From a virus (taxonomy: Duplodnaviria; Caudoviricetes), in the IMG/VR virus record IMGVR_UViG_3300027608_000010: a DNA stretch of 64,000 nucleotides; one strand, 5' to 3'. The translations under genes were made by a program, and so were the position numbers. Positions 40,628 to 50,684 of the stretch are shown piece by piece. The notes below the pieces were generated by a model. It was not told the origin of the DNA. It worked only from the letters and a program-made list of their open reading frames with translations, and did no database searches. How positions within the stretch are numbered: position 1 is the first letter of the stretch; every line of letters begins with the position of its first letter.

Positions 40628-40992
40628 AATTAGCGTTTGAACCACATAAGTTTAGTAAAGAGAGTTTTAAACCCGTTGGAAAACATATCATTGTAAGTGA
40701 TATGGAATTTGATGAGCGAATCACGACAGGTGGAATCGTGTTGTTATCTGATAATCGTAAGGATCATGGTATCAGACCACGCTGGGCGCAAGTATATGCA
40801 TTGGGTTCTGACTTCAATGATGATGAGATACAAGTGGGTAAATGGATTTGTATTAGTCATGGAAGATGGACACGGGGCATTGATGTTGAAGATGAAACGG
40901 GAGAAAAGACGTTGCGTAGAGTCGATGAAAATGATATACTACTAGTATCAGACGAACCCGTCTATGATTTAACAATTGGTGAAAAAGGATAA
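40624..40992 (+). CDS. groES: co-chaperonin GroES/Cpn10-like
   Basis: FKPVGKHIIV, TTGGIVL, QVYALG and VDENDIL motifs. Confidence 0.8.
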   Translation: MKLAFEPHKFSKESFKPVGKHIIVSDMEFDERITTGGIVLLSDNRKDHGIRPRWAQVYALGSDFNDDEIQVGKWICISHGRWTRGIDVEDETGEKTLRRVDENDILLVSDEPVYDLTIGEKG

Positions 40993-40994
40993 AA

Positions 40995-41324
40995 ATGAAA
41001 TGGTTAGATAATTGGTTCTTAAAGAAAGTACGTTGGGCTTGGGATCATCAAGAAGCAGACGAAGGACCCAATCTTGTTATGACTGGTAGTAAAAGACAAA
41101 ACATCGGTCGTGCGATTTCAACAAGACATGATTCTTCTGGTGAATTAGAAAGTCGTGGGGTATCATTCAATCTATATTCTGCTAACGGCGGGCATGTAGT
41201 TGAACTGCGTAACTATGATGATAAAGCAGACAGAATAAAAAACTCATTACATATCATACCACATGACAAAGACTTGGGTGAAGCACTTAACCACATTATC
41301 ACTTACGAAGCATTAAAACGATGA
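40995..41324 (+). CDS. hypothetical protein
   Basis: 109 aa ORF within the operon. Confidence 0.6.
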   Translation: MKWLDNWFLKKVRWAWDHQEADEGPNLVMTGSKRQNIGRAISTRHDSSGELESRGVSFNLYSANGGHVVELRNYDDKADRIKNSLHIIPHDKDLGEALNHIITYEALKR

Positions 41325-42244
41325 AAAATCAACTCTGGGTAGAAAAATATAGACCTCATTCTGTAGAAGATTATGTCTTTGTAGATGACAGACAGAAAGA
41401 GCAAGTTAACGGTTGGATAGAAACTGAAAGCATCCCTCATCTATTGTTAAGTGGCGAACCCGGTACAGGTAAGACTACACTTGCAAAAGTTCTTATACAA
41501 GAATTAGGTGTAGAAGAATATGATGTATTGGAAATCAATGCATCACGTGAGAATAGTGTTGACGTAGTGCGAAACAAAATCATTGGCTTTGTGCAAACAA
41601 TGCCATTTGGTAAATTCAAAGTCGTATTATTAGATGAGGCAGATTATCTAACTCCAGCAGGTCAGGCAGCATTGCGTAATGATATGGAAGCATATCACAT
41701 GACTGCACGATTTATTCTAACTTGTAACTATGAACACAGAATTATCCCTGCACTTAAAAGCAGATGTCATGAATTTAGAATAACTAAAACGGATAAGACA
41801 GAATTTACTGCACGTGCCGCAACAGTATTGGTTGCTGAGAACATAGACTTTGATTTAGATATACTAGATAGCTATGTCAGTGCTACATATCCTGACTTGC
41901 GTAAGTGTTTGAATCAGATTCAAGTAAATAGTAGTACGGGTAAATTGTTACCTCCAGTAGATGCTGGCAAAGGTGAAGATGAATTGCTTTTTGAAGCAAC
42001 ACAATTGTTTAAAGCAGGTAAAATTTTAGAAGGTCGTCAGCAATTACTACAACATTTAAGTTTATATCCTAGTAGATTAGAAGATATCTATCGTTGGCTG
42101 TATAATAATTTAGATTTGTGGGGTAATTCAAACGAGAAGCGTGATGCTAGTATCATTATCATTCGTAATGGTCTAGCGAATCTATCAATGGTTGGCATCC
42201 CTGAGATCAGTCTTGCAGCCACAATGGTAGAATTAACAAGTTGA
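41321..42244 (+). CDS. sliding clamp loader AAA+ subunit (RFC/T4 gp44-like)
   Basis: LWVEKYRP, GEPGTGKTT, LEINASRE, VLLDEADYLT, LKSRC and YPDLRK motifs. Confidence 0.93.
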   Translation: MKNQLWVEKYRPHSVEDYVFVDDRQKEQVNGWIETESIPHLLLSGEPGTGKTTLAKVLIQELGVEEYDVLEINASRENSVDVVRNKIIGFVQTMPFGKFKVVLLDEADYLTPAGQAALRNDMEAYHMTARFILTCNYEHRIIPALKSRCHEFRITKTDKTEFTARAATVLVAENIDFDLDILDSYVSATYPDLRKCLNQIQVNSSTGKLLPPVDAGKGEDELLFEATQLFKAGKILEGRQQLLQHLSLYPSRLEDIYRWLYNNLDLWGNSNEKRDASIIIIRNGLANLSMVGIPEISLAATMVELTS

Positions 42245-42251
42245 GAACAAT

Positions 42252-42503
42252 ATGAGATATTTTTTAGTAACATACGTAACTAAGCCTGATGGCAAGATTG
42301 ATGAACAAGTAGAGATTTCTAAAAATCTAAAGGATAGAGATATTACTATGTGTAATATTATTTTAGATTTTAAAGAAAAGAATGTTCAGAAGAATGTAGT
42401 TCAAGGTAATGTGATGAATCTATCATGGAGTACACTGCTAGAATATTACAAAAAAGTATATCCAGACCAAATTGATCAATTAGAAAAAATTAACGGAATA
42501 TAA
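42252..42503 (+). CDS. hypothetical protein
   Basis: 83 aa ORF. Confidence 0.6.
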   Translation: MRYFLVTYVTKPDGKIDEQVEISKNLKDRDITMCNIILDFKEKNVQKNVVQGNVMNLSWSTLLEYYKKVYPDQIDQLEKINGI

Positions 42504-42538
42504 AAAAATAGGGATGTTATGAGCACCCCTAAACCCGA

Positions 42539-43327
42539 TTAAGCGTACAGTCTAAGTACGTGCTCTATAATTTTGTGGCGTTGAACATCTTTCAGTTCAA
42601 AGTTACACAATTGCAACCCTGGAATCACCCCCTTCCCCAATCGATTTTGTAAGTCTAGTAGCCCATTGTCGGCTTTTTTTCTATCAGCTTGTTCTATGTC
42701 GCCAGTAATTACAATCTTACTGCCGATACTGATTCTAGTCATAATCATCTTGAGTTGACTGGGGGTTGCGTTTTGAGCCTCATCTAATACGATATAGCTA
42801 TGTTTAAAGTTTCGACCTCGACAGAATGCTAGGGGTGCAATTTCCACTATCTGTTCTTCTAGCATGTGGGCGATTTCCTTTACCGTATAATACTCTCTCA
42901 ATACATCAAGCAAAGGTCTTGTCCAAGGTTCCATCTTAGCGTTCAGATCACCTGGCAAGAAGCCATGCTTTTCATCATCTACCCCAACGGCGGGTCGTGT
43001 AAGAATGATACGAGAAACTTCACCTGCTTTTAGTGCTTTGATTGCAGCTAACATAGCAAGATAAGTTTTTCCCGTTCCTGCAGGTCCACCGACCACGACA
43101 ATATCAGTCTCTTGGTCTAGTAGTGCGAGGATATATTTTTCTTGGTTTACTGATTTGGGCACCATGACAATGGGCTTACTATTCAGCTTAGGACGACTTT
43201 GGTCAAAGTTGATTGTTTTTGATTCGTGTGTGTAGTATGTTTTCTGTGTGTTATCGTATTTTTTACTGTGTGCGTATCTTGTATCTTGATCCTGAGTGCG
43301 TAAAGCACTTGTTTTGCGTTTGCTCAA
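42539..43327 (-). CDS. phoH: PhoH-family ATPase
   Basis: GPAGTGKT, GFLPGDL, RGRNF, LDEAQN, TGDIEQAD and VQRH motifs. Confidence 0.93.
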   Translation of the reverse strand: MSKRKTSALRTQDQDTRYAHSKKYDNTQKTYYTHESKTINFDQSRPKLNSKPIVMVPKSVNQEKYILALLDQETDIVVVGGPAGTGKTYLAMLAAIKALKAGEVSRIILTRPAVGVDDEKHGFLPGDLNAKMEPWTRPLLDVLREYYTVKEIAHMLEEQIVEIAPLAFCRGRNFKHSYIVLDEAQNATPSQLKMIMTRISIGSKIVITGDIEQADRKKADNGLLDLQNRLGKGVIPGLQLCNFELKDVQRHKIIEHVLRLYA

Positions 43328-43494
43328 AATATTCTCCTTTTTAGAGCCGAATGCTCATAACATTCAAGAGTATTTAAGGTGAAACGGTCCACGCAATATA
43401 GCATACTTTTAACACATCATCTGGTGATAAATATTAGGCTACGCTACAAAAAATCTAATTGCTCATTATCATTGCAAGAATGATAAATACAACT

Positions 43495-44118
43495 ATGAGT
43501 AAACTTCCATCTGACGACTTTTTTAAAGATATAGATTATCCAAATATTATTGATAATATCAAGGGTATCTTCACCAGCGACGGTACCATTAATACATTGC
43601 TTGACTTTGAGCGTGTATTAGATGAGGCAGACTTGTACGCATACCAGAACTGGGAACTAGGTGAACTTGTCAACGGTCCTATTAGCAAAAAATACACAGT
43701 AACCTGTGTGTTTATGTATCCCGAGAAACTAATGCCCAATCCAAAAGGTGGAAAGAGATTAACACACTTAGGATGTACTATACATTTCAAGAAAACATCA
43801 ATTGAAGTTCCAGTAAAAATCGAAGGACATGAAGATTTTGAACCAGGCACACATTATCCTAAGATGGTTGAGAAGCCGGTATGGTTAGTACGTATTGAAA
43901 TACCAAGAGAATTAATGAATGATGTCCGTGAAGGTAGTATTGACTTAGCAGGACAGACAATTGAACTAGATGATTTAGATTCAGCATACGAAGATGACCT
44001 AGATAAAGAAGGTACTGAAGAACAAGGTAATGCGCCAGCCAATCAGGCTATGGGTCAACCACCAATGGCGGGCGGTATGCCACCGCAACCAATGGCACCC
44101 CCTCAGGGAGCAATGTAA
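43495..44118 (+). CDS. hypothetical protein (late)
   Basis: ATG 43495 lies 5 nt after GATAAATA at 43482-43489. Confidence 0.7.
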   Translation: MSKLPSDDFFKDIDYPNIIDNIKGIFTSDGTINTLLDFERVLDEADLYAYQNWELGELVNGPISKKYTVTCVFMYPEKLMPNPKGGKRLTHLGCTIHFKKTSIEVPVKIEGHEDFEPGTHYPKMVEKPVWLVRIEIPRELMNDVREGSIDLAGQTIELDDLDSAYEDDLDKEGTEEQGNAPANQAMGQPPMAGGMPPQPMAPPQGAM

Positions 44119-44696
44119 TGAGACTAGTTGAAAACTTAGATTATCGTGATTTAGTTGGACAAGTAATCCCAACATTATCTATTGATGAATATGAAGCAAA
44201 AGCAGGAAGCAATGATGAGATTATCACATTAGCTTTTAAAGTTGTCGGTAAAGCAGCTAGTACAGATTTGGTTGATTGGTTTGAACGTGGTTACGAGTGG
44301 GTACTAGATGCACAAGTAAGTGAAGGTGAGTATACTGCTGGAAAATATTTAGTTTTTGTTGAGATTGAAAGAAGAACTAAAGCAGTTGAACGTATTGTTG
44401 AATTGATTGATGACTTAGAAACACTAACAAACATGTCATTAGCAGATTGGACAGTTACAGTTGATGGTTCAGAATATGGTGCAGATATTTCAGAGTTAAA
44501 AGGTTTGTTCGAATTAAGTCCTCATTCTTACCGTGAAAGCAATCCGGAAGATACTGAAGAAGATGAAGAAGATGAAAAAGAAAATATTGAACCTGAATTA
44601 AATGAAATGCGTAGACAAGCTGGATTAGAACCAGCTAAGATGAATAAACAAAAAGATAGTTTATTAAAAGATTTTATTGCAAAGGCAGGATTATAA
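44118..44696 (+). CDS. hypothetical protein
   Basis: 192 aa with MRLVEN leader. Confidence 0.65.
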   Translation: MRLVENLDYRDLVGQVIPTLSIDEYEAKAGSNDEIITLAFKVVGKAASTDLVDWFERGYEWVLDAQVSEGEYTAGKYLVFVEIERRTKAVERIVELIDDLETLTNMSLADWTVTVDGSEYGADISELKGLFELSPHSYRESNPEDTEEDEEDEKENIEPELNEMRRQAGLEPAKMNKQKDSLLKDFIAKAGL

Positions 44697-44697
44697 C

Positions 44698-45297
44698 ATG
44701 GCAACATTATTAGCAAAAAAAGCAGACGGTACTATACCATTAGCAAAGACAGACGATCACCACGAAGCATTAGCGGCTGATCCTAGTATATCAGCATTCC
44801 CGCAAGGTAGCTCATTCGGAGGAACATCTTCAAACGGATTCGGTACAACCGCACCCGGCTTTGGTGCAGTTCCCCCAGCATCAAGCTCCAGTGGACTCGG
44901 AAGTTTTGGAGCAGTTATTCCAGGAAAAGACTCAGGAGGAAATATGGCAGGATCAGTACAAGTAACACACAATCAAGCAGAGTCACTAAAAAGTGGCGGT
45001 GGTGCAATGAGTGAAGGTGGAGAATCTACTGTAGCATTGGATCAAAGTTCTACAGATTGGATCAACAAGAAAATGCGCCCAATGATGGGTTGGATTTATA
45101 TGTTGACATGTACATGTGACTTTGTTATCTTCCCGGTACTATGGTCAGTGTTACAAGCAATGAGTCATGGCTCAGTAACAAGTCAATGGCAACCATTGAC
45201 ATTACAAGGTGCAGGACTTTACCATATTGCAATGGGCGCAGTTCTAGGTATTGCCGCATACGGTCGTACAAAAGAAAAAGTAGCCGGCGTAGCTTAA
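44698..45297 (+). CDS. membrane protein, holin-like (3TM GTA-holin-like C-terminus)
   Basis: Disordered N-terminus, then WINKKMRPMMGW and hydrophobic helices. Confidence 0.5.
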   Translation: MATLLAKKADGTIPLAKTDDHHEALAADPSISAFPQGSSFGGTSSNGFGTTAPGFGAVPPASSSSGLGSFGAVIPGKDSGGNMAGSVQVTHNQAESLKSGGGAMSEGGESTVALDQSSTDWINKKMRPMMGWIYMLTCTCDFVIFPVLWSVLQAMSHGSVTSQWQPLTLQGAGLYHIAMGAVLGIAAYGRTKEKVAGVA

Positions 45298-45303
45298 TAA
45301 ATA

Positions 45304-45332
45304 TTGACTTAGCACACAAACTGTGCTATACT
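45304..45332 (+). promoter_or_regulatory. sigma70-like promoter TTGACT-17-TATACT with extended TGn
   Basis: -35 at 45304-45309, -10 at 45327-45332, ATG at 45340. Confidence 0.7.
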
Positions 45333-45339
45333 CAATACT

Positions 45340-46152
45340 ATGGAACACTATCAAACTTTAGGGGTAGACAGAAATGCCTCCTCCGATGACATTAAAAAAG
45401 CATATCGCAAATTAGCAGGAGTTCATCACCCGGACAAGGGTGGTGATACTGCTACATTTCAAAAAATTCAAAGTGCTTATGAAACACTAAGCGATCCACA
45501 AAAGAAACAAGAATACGATAATCCAAATCCGTTTGGTCAAGGCGGTGGCCCTGGTGGCTTTCACTTTACTACAGGTGGAGGAGGGTTTAATATGCAGTTC
45601 AATGATATTTTTGGGCAGATGTTTGGGGGACAACGTAATAATCCTTTTGGTCATTCTTTCCAACAAACATTTAAGACAACCATTTGGGTATCGTTAGAAC
45701 AAGTATTCAATGGGGCTGAACAACTATTACAACTACAAGGTCAGGGCGGCCCTCAAACTATTAAAGTTGAGATTCCAAAAGGAATAGAGAACGGTGCTCA
45801 AATGAGATATGATAATCTCATTGCCGGCGGAGTTCTTATTGTTGAATTCAGAGTTCATGTACATCCTAAGTTTGACCGTGTGGGGCAAGACTTAGTTTCA
45901 CAACATAGAATTAGTGTATTAGATTTGATTGTGGGTACGTCATTTGATTTCACTACTATTAGTGGGAAAACATTTCAAGTCCAAGTCAAACCAGGAACAC
46001 AACCTGATAGTACATTAAGAGTTTCGGGTCAGGGATTACCTCACATGAATGAACAAGGCAACGGTGACCAATTGCTATTGCTTAAACCATTTATTCCTGA
46101 TAAAATAGACAACAAGATAACTGCTAGCATTTTGCAGAGTCGAAGTAATTAA
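45340..46152 (+). CDS. dnaJ: DnaJ-class (type II/CbpA-like) co-chaperone
   Basis: J domain with HPD, G/F-rich linker, C-terminal domain, no zinc finger. Confidence 0.92.
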   Translation: MEHYQTLGVDRNASSDDIKKAYRKLAGVHHPDKGGDTATFQKIQSAYETLSDPQKKQEYDNPNPFGQGGGPGGFHFTTGGGGFNMQFNDIFGQMFGGQRNNPFGHSFQQTFKTTIWVSLEQVFNGAEQLLQLQGQGGPQTIKVEIPKGIENGAQMRYDNLIAGGVLIVEFRVHVHPKFDRVGQDLVSQHRISVLDLIVGTSFDFTTISGKTFQVQVKPGTQPDSTLRVSGQGLPHMNEQGNGDQLLLLKPFIPDKIDNKITASILQSRSN

Positions 46153-46176
46153 ATAAGATTTTAAAAGGAAATCATT

Positions 46177-48459
46177 TTGCACTCACCGGAAATCGAATCA
46201 ATTATTGAAAAAGCAGTTGATTTAGCAAAACAACGCAACCATCAATATTGCACAGTAGAACATCTACTATTAGCATTAATTTCTTATGCACCATTTCAGA
46301 AATGTATAGGCAGCTTTGGTATTGATGCAGATACTATGAGTAAAGAAGTAATTACATATTTAGATAATTTAAAATATATCGAATTATCAGTATCTGAAGG
46401 ACAAGAAATTCAGCCACGCAAAACTAATAGCTTAGAACGTGTAATGAATCGTAGCGTTACTCAAGTATTATTTACCGGTCGTAAAGTTGTAACAACTATT
46501 GACTTGTATCTTAGTATTATGGCTGAAGGCAATAGTCATGCACAGTATTTCTTATTGAAACATGGTTTTGTTAAGAATGAATTTGTTCCTTTTTGGCAAA
46601 AACATTACAAAGGCACACAAGCTGATGTTAAACTAACAGACGAACAAGCAGATAATATCCTAGAAGAATACACTATCAATTTAACACAACTGGCTAAGTT
46701 GCAGAAACTAGAGCCTGTGATTGGTCGTAGTAAAGAAGTTGATGACATTATCAATGTATTAGCTAAACGATTCAAGTCAAATGTATTGATGGTAGGTGAT
46801 CCTGGTGTTGGTAAAACTGCAATTGCAGAAGGTCTAGCACAAATGATTGTCAATGATGAAGTCCCTGAATTCTTAAAAGACCATGAACTTTACAGTTTAG
46901 AGATCGGTAGTCTATTAGCAGGTAGTAAGTATCGCGGTGACTTTGAAGAAAAAGTTAAAGCAGTACTTGATGCACTGACTGTTAAGAAAGATGCAATTCT
47001 GTTCATTGACGAAGCACATACAATGCGTGGCGCCGGTGGTGCAACAAATGGTGCAGTTGATTTTGCTAACATGATTAAACCTGCAATTACTAAGGGTACA
47101 TTAAAAGTTATTGCAAGTACAACTTGGGAAGAGTACTACGAATCATTTGAAAAGGACCGCGCATTGATGCGAAGGTTCTATCGTGTGAGTATTGATGAAC
47201 CAAGTCGTGAATCTACAGTTAGTATTCTTAAAGGTCTAAGTGTACGATTGAATGACTTCCACAGTGTGGAGATTACAGATGAAGCGATTGAAGCCGCAGT
47301 TGAAGGTGCAACACGATACATTCAGGATCGTAAGAATCCAGACAAGTCTATTGATTTGTTAGATGCCGCTTGTGCTAAACAACGAGTAGCAGAGAACAAG
47401 GGCGCTATCATTACTAAAGAATTAGTGTTTGATCAGATTGAAAAATACACCGGAGTTCCTGCTGATAAATTAACTGATGATAACTCAGAACGTATTATTA
47501 ACCTTGAGTCTAATGTAAAATCAAAACTATATGGACAAGAAGAAACAGTTAATAAGGTACTTGAACGTGTATATGTTAGTTTTGCTGGTATCGGCAATCA
47601 AACTAAACCACAAGCGAGTTTCTTATTCTTAGGCCCAACCGGTACAGGTAAAACTGAATTAGCTAAATTATTGTCTAAGAACCTTGACATGAAACTACTC
47701 AAGTACGATATGTCAGAGTATGGTGAAAAGTTTTCGGTATCAAGTTTGATTGGCGCGCCCCCGGGCTATGTTGGCTTTGGTGAGGGATCACTAGGTGGTG
47801 GACGACTGATTAATGACTTAAGCAAGAACCCACATTCAATTCTATTATTTGACGAAGTTGAAAAGGCTCACCCAGATATCTTTAATATCTTCTTGCAATT
47901 GCTTGATGAAGGTCGTGTTACCGGTAGCAATGGTAAAGAAGTCAATGCTAAAAACTGTATTATCATTATGACTAGTAACTTAGGTAGTGGTGACAGTGAA
48001 CGAAATGTAATTGGTTTTGGTAGTCAAGAACGTAGCGGGGAAGATGACAAAGCATTAAAAGAATTCTTTAAGCCAGAATTCAGAAATCGAATTGACTTGG
48101 TATGTAAGTTTGGTAAACTAGATATGTTGGCAATCAAAAAAATTGTTATTAAATTTGCTGATGACTTGAAGAAATCTCTCAGAGAGGCACATAATATTAC
48201 ACTACACTTGAGCGAACCAGTAGTTGAGTATCTAGCAGAAAAGGGTTATGATAATAAAATGGGAGCCCGCCCACTAGCAAGAAAGATTGATGAACTAATT
48301 CGGGTACCTCTGAGCAAGAAACTCTTGTTTGAGCGTATCAAAAATAGTACAATCAATGCTAACTTAGAGAACGGAGAAATTGTTTTTGATGTTCAACAAA
48401 AATTAATAGCAGAAGTAGGTGAAGATGGCATTATTAAAGTTACAACAGACACGCAGTGA
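46177..48459 (+). CDS. clpA: ClpA-type AAA+ unfoldase
   Basis: Clp N domain; two AAA+ modules (GDPGVGKT/IDEAH and GPTGTGKT/FDEVEKAH); IGF loop; no M-domain. Confidence 0.88.
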   Translation: MHSPEIESIIEKAVDLAKQRNHQYCTVEHLLLALISYAPFQKCIGSFGIDADTMSKEVITYLDNLKYIELSVSEGQEIQPRKTNSLERVMNRSVTQVLFTGRKVVTTIDLYLSIMAEGNSHAQYFLLKHGFVKNEFVPFWQKHYKGTQADVKLTDEQADNILEEYTINLTQLAKLQKLEPVIGRSKEVDDIINVLAKRFKSNVLMVGDPGVGKTAIAEGLAQMIVNDEVPEFLKDHELYSLEIGSLLAGSKYRGDFEEKVKAVLDALTVKKDAILFIDEAHTMRGAGGATNGAVDFANMIKPAITKGTLKVIASTTWEEYYESFEKDRALMRRFYRVSIDEPSRESTVSILKGLSVRLNDFHSVEITDEAIEAAVEGATRYIQDRKNPDKSIDLLDAACAKQRVAENKGAIITKELVFDQIEKYTGVPADKLTDDNSERIINLESNVKSKLYGQEETVNKVLERVYVSFAGIGNQTKPQASFLFLGPTGTGKTELAKLLSKNLDMKLLKYDMSEYGEKFSVSSLIGAPPGYVGFGEGSLGGGRLINDLSKNPHSILLFDEVEKAHPDIFNIFLQLLDEGRVTGSNGKEVNAKNCIIIMTSNLGSGDSERNVIGFGSQERSGEDDKALKEFFKPEFRNRIDLVCKFGKLDMLAIKKIVIKFADDLKKSLREAHNITLHLSEPVVEYLAEKGYDNKMGARPLARKIDELIRVPLSKKLLFERIKNSTINANLENGEIVFDVQQKLIAEVGEDGIIKVTTDTQ

Positions 48460-49141
48460 TGGCGTAGGGTATATCGACCATAGAGACTTGTATTTCGGTA
48501 AATTTAATTACCGTGCAAGAGTTCATATGATCGGTGCATATTTATGTTCATATGCTACGAAAAAAGAAGATTTTCAAAAGCGAATAAAAATCAATAAGAA
48601 AACCATGGCAGGAGCCAAGGTCGATGAACTAGTTCTTTTTGCTGATTGGAAGAATACTCAAAAGAAAGAAAAGAAAAGTGATATCACTTTTCGTATTGAG
48701 GGACAGTCTGCTAGTGTGTTTTCTAATAACCTAGAGTTTTTAAGAGAATTAGAATCACTAGGATTCAATGTTGATTTTACTGCAATTGAAGATGTAGTAC
48801 CTGTAGGTATAAAATACTTTGTCAATGAACCCAAATTCAAGTATCGTATCTATTTAAAAAGCAAACGAGTTTCTGAAGATTTTCCTAAGAAATTGAAGAA
48901 TATGTTTGATAGGTATAAAGGTACAGGCACTAAAATTTCTCCCAGCCCCTCATTAAATGACTGGTTAACTGAAAGGGGAACTCCTAGTTTAGGTGGATAC
49001 CTCTCTTGGAAACGCAGTTATTGTAGCAGTCATTACTTTATTGAATACAATGATGAGAGTTTTATTACGATTTTTGCACTTACCTTTACCGGGATTATTT
49101 CTAGGAAATACACTTTAGAAAAACGCCCAGAGTCAACATAA
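48419..49141 (+). CDS. hypothetical protein
   Basis: 240 aa, basic. Confidence 0.6.
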   Translation: MKMALLKLQQTRSDGVGYIDHRDLYFGKFNYRARVHMIGAYLCSYATKKEDFQKRIKINKKTMAGAKVDELVLFADWKNTQKKEKKSDITFRIEGQSASVFSNNLEFLRELESLGFNVDFTAIEDVVPVGIKYFVNEPKFKYRIYLKSKRVSEDFPKKLKNMFDRYKGTGTKISPSPSLNDWLTERGTPSLGGYLSWKRSYCSSHYFIEYNDESFITIFALTFTGIISRKYTLEKRPEST

Positions 49142-49173
49142 AATGATAAATACTCTATAATGGAGTGTTTACC

Positions 49174-49341
49174 ATGGCAAAGATTGTCGAAACTGTATTT
49201 GTAGTAAAATTAAGTCAATTAGTAAGAGATAATCCAGCATCTATAGAGACTGCTGGGTTTGATGAGCTTCCAAAAACTATTGAAGAAGTCGTGCAACAGT
49301 TAGTTGCAGGTGATGTTTTAGTGGAAGTTGAAAAAGCATAA
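49174..49341 (+). CDS. small hypothetical protein (55 aa, not in ORF track)
   Basis: MAKIVETVFVVKLSQLVRD...EVEKA; late motif at 49145-49152, GGAG RBS, stop overlaps next ATG. Confidence 0.7.
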   Translation: MAKIVETVFVVKLSQLVRDNPASIETAGFDELPKTIEEVVQQLVAGDVLVEVEKA

Positions 49342-49697
49342 TGAGCCAAACAACCGCACTTACCCTATTACCAACAACTATTGCAGTAGTAACCGGGGAC
49401 AAACAACCCGGGGTAAGTTATTACACCTCTGGAAAAACCCTACAAACTATTACTTGGAAACTTTCAGCATTCTTAGGAACTGTAATTGTTCAAGCAAGTC
49501 TAGTTGAGAATCCAACAACTGATTCTGATTGGTTCCCTGTATATAATTTAATTTGTACTACAGGTAATAATAATGGCGGGTCAATACCTAATCCAGCAGT
49601 AAGTTTTGTAAATATCACTGGTAATTTTGCATGGGTAAGAGCAAAAGTATCGGCATACACTTCTGGAACAATTAATTATGTAAAGGTCTGTTATTAA
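49341..49697 (+). CDS. putative virion structural protein
   Basis: 118 aa beta-sandwich-like sequence in a late operon. Confidence 0.55.
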   Translation: MSQTTALTLLPTTIAVVTGDKQPGVSYYTSGKTLQTITWKLSAFLGTVIVQASLVENPTTDSDWFPVYNLICTTGNNNGGSIPNPAVSFVNITGNFAWVRAKVSAYTSGTINYVKVCY

Positions 49698-49698
49698 A

Positions 49699-50634
49699 AT
49701 GTTTAAGTCAACATTAATCGCAGAACAACTTAAAAAGATTCGTCCTTTATTAAAGGAAGCCAATCCACAGCAAAAACTTAAATTAATGAAACTAATGAAG
49801 GTTGCATTGAAAGAGAATTTTGATGAACGTATGGCATTGATTCGTAAATTAGTCAGAACTGGTAAATATGACGCAAGTGATTTAGAATTAGCTACTACTG
49901 AACAACTGCGTGAATTATTAGATGGTCAACATGGTTTAGATGAAGACCAAGCTATACCACTGTCAGGAAAGATATCAGCAAGACCTAATCAAGATCCAAA
50001 CTCATTTGAGGATTGGGATTATTACCATCAAGGTGAACCAATACAACCAGGGTCCGATATACATACAAAAGTAAAAGATGTGCATTTACGCCAACGGGAA
50101 CCTGCATATGATACAATGAGAAATGCTTTTGATAACCCTATACAACCAGGACCAATACTTCCGCAAAATCAATCAGGTGATACAATAATTCCATCACGTC
50201 CTAAACCTGCAGAAAAGATAAAAGATGCGGATGGTAAGCCAATTAGATTAAAAGATTTTGTCCCACATGATCCTGACATAATGGAAGATGATTTAAAATC
50301 AATTGATCCTGACGATCATGGAGAGACAGAAGGTCGTTTTGTAAAGAATCAAATACAAACTATGCTACGTGTTTTATCACATTTAGAAAATGCAATAGGT
50401 GATGACGAAAATTTACCTGAATGGGTACAAATGTTACTTAGCCAATCACAAGATAAGATTGTAGGTGTCATGGATTATATGATTAGTGCCAAAGAACTTG
50501 CCAAAAAAGAACAAACGGGTAATCAAAGTATAATATCAGCATTAAGTATGCTGGAGGGGGAAAAACGTACTAAAACCGTTATCCCTAACAAGAAAAAAGT
50601 AAAAGAATCTAAAGATTTTCTACAAGAAAAATAA
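49699..50634 (+). CDS. hypothetical protein, putative internal head protein
   Basis: 311 aa with C-terminal NLPEWVQ...DYM block and several xxE motifs. Confidence 0.55.
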   Translation: MFKSTLIAEQLKKIRPLLKEANPQQKLKLMKLMKVALKENFDERMALIRKLVRTGKYDASDLELATTEQLRELLDGQHGLDEDQAIPLSGKISARPNQDPNSFEDWDYYHQGEPIQPGSDIHTKVKDVHLRQREPAYDTMRNAFDNPIQPGPILPQNQSGDTIIPSRPKPAEKIKDADGKPIRLKDFVPHDPDIMEDDLKSIDPDDHGETEGRFVKNQIQTMLRVLSHLENAIGDDENLPEWVQMLLSQSQDKIVGVMDYMISAKELAKKEQTGNQSIISALSMLEGEKRTKTVIPNKKKVKESKDFLQEK

Positions 50635-50684
50635 TTCGGGGTGGTCCTCAGTGTGTAAATAATTACATCATTTAAGAGGACCAA

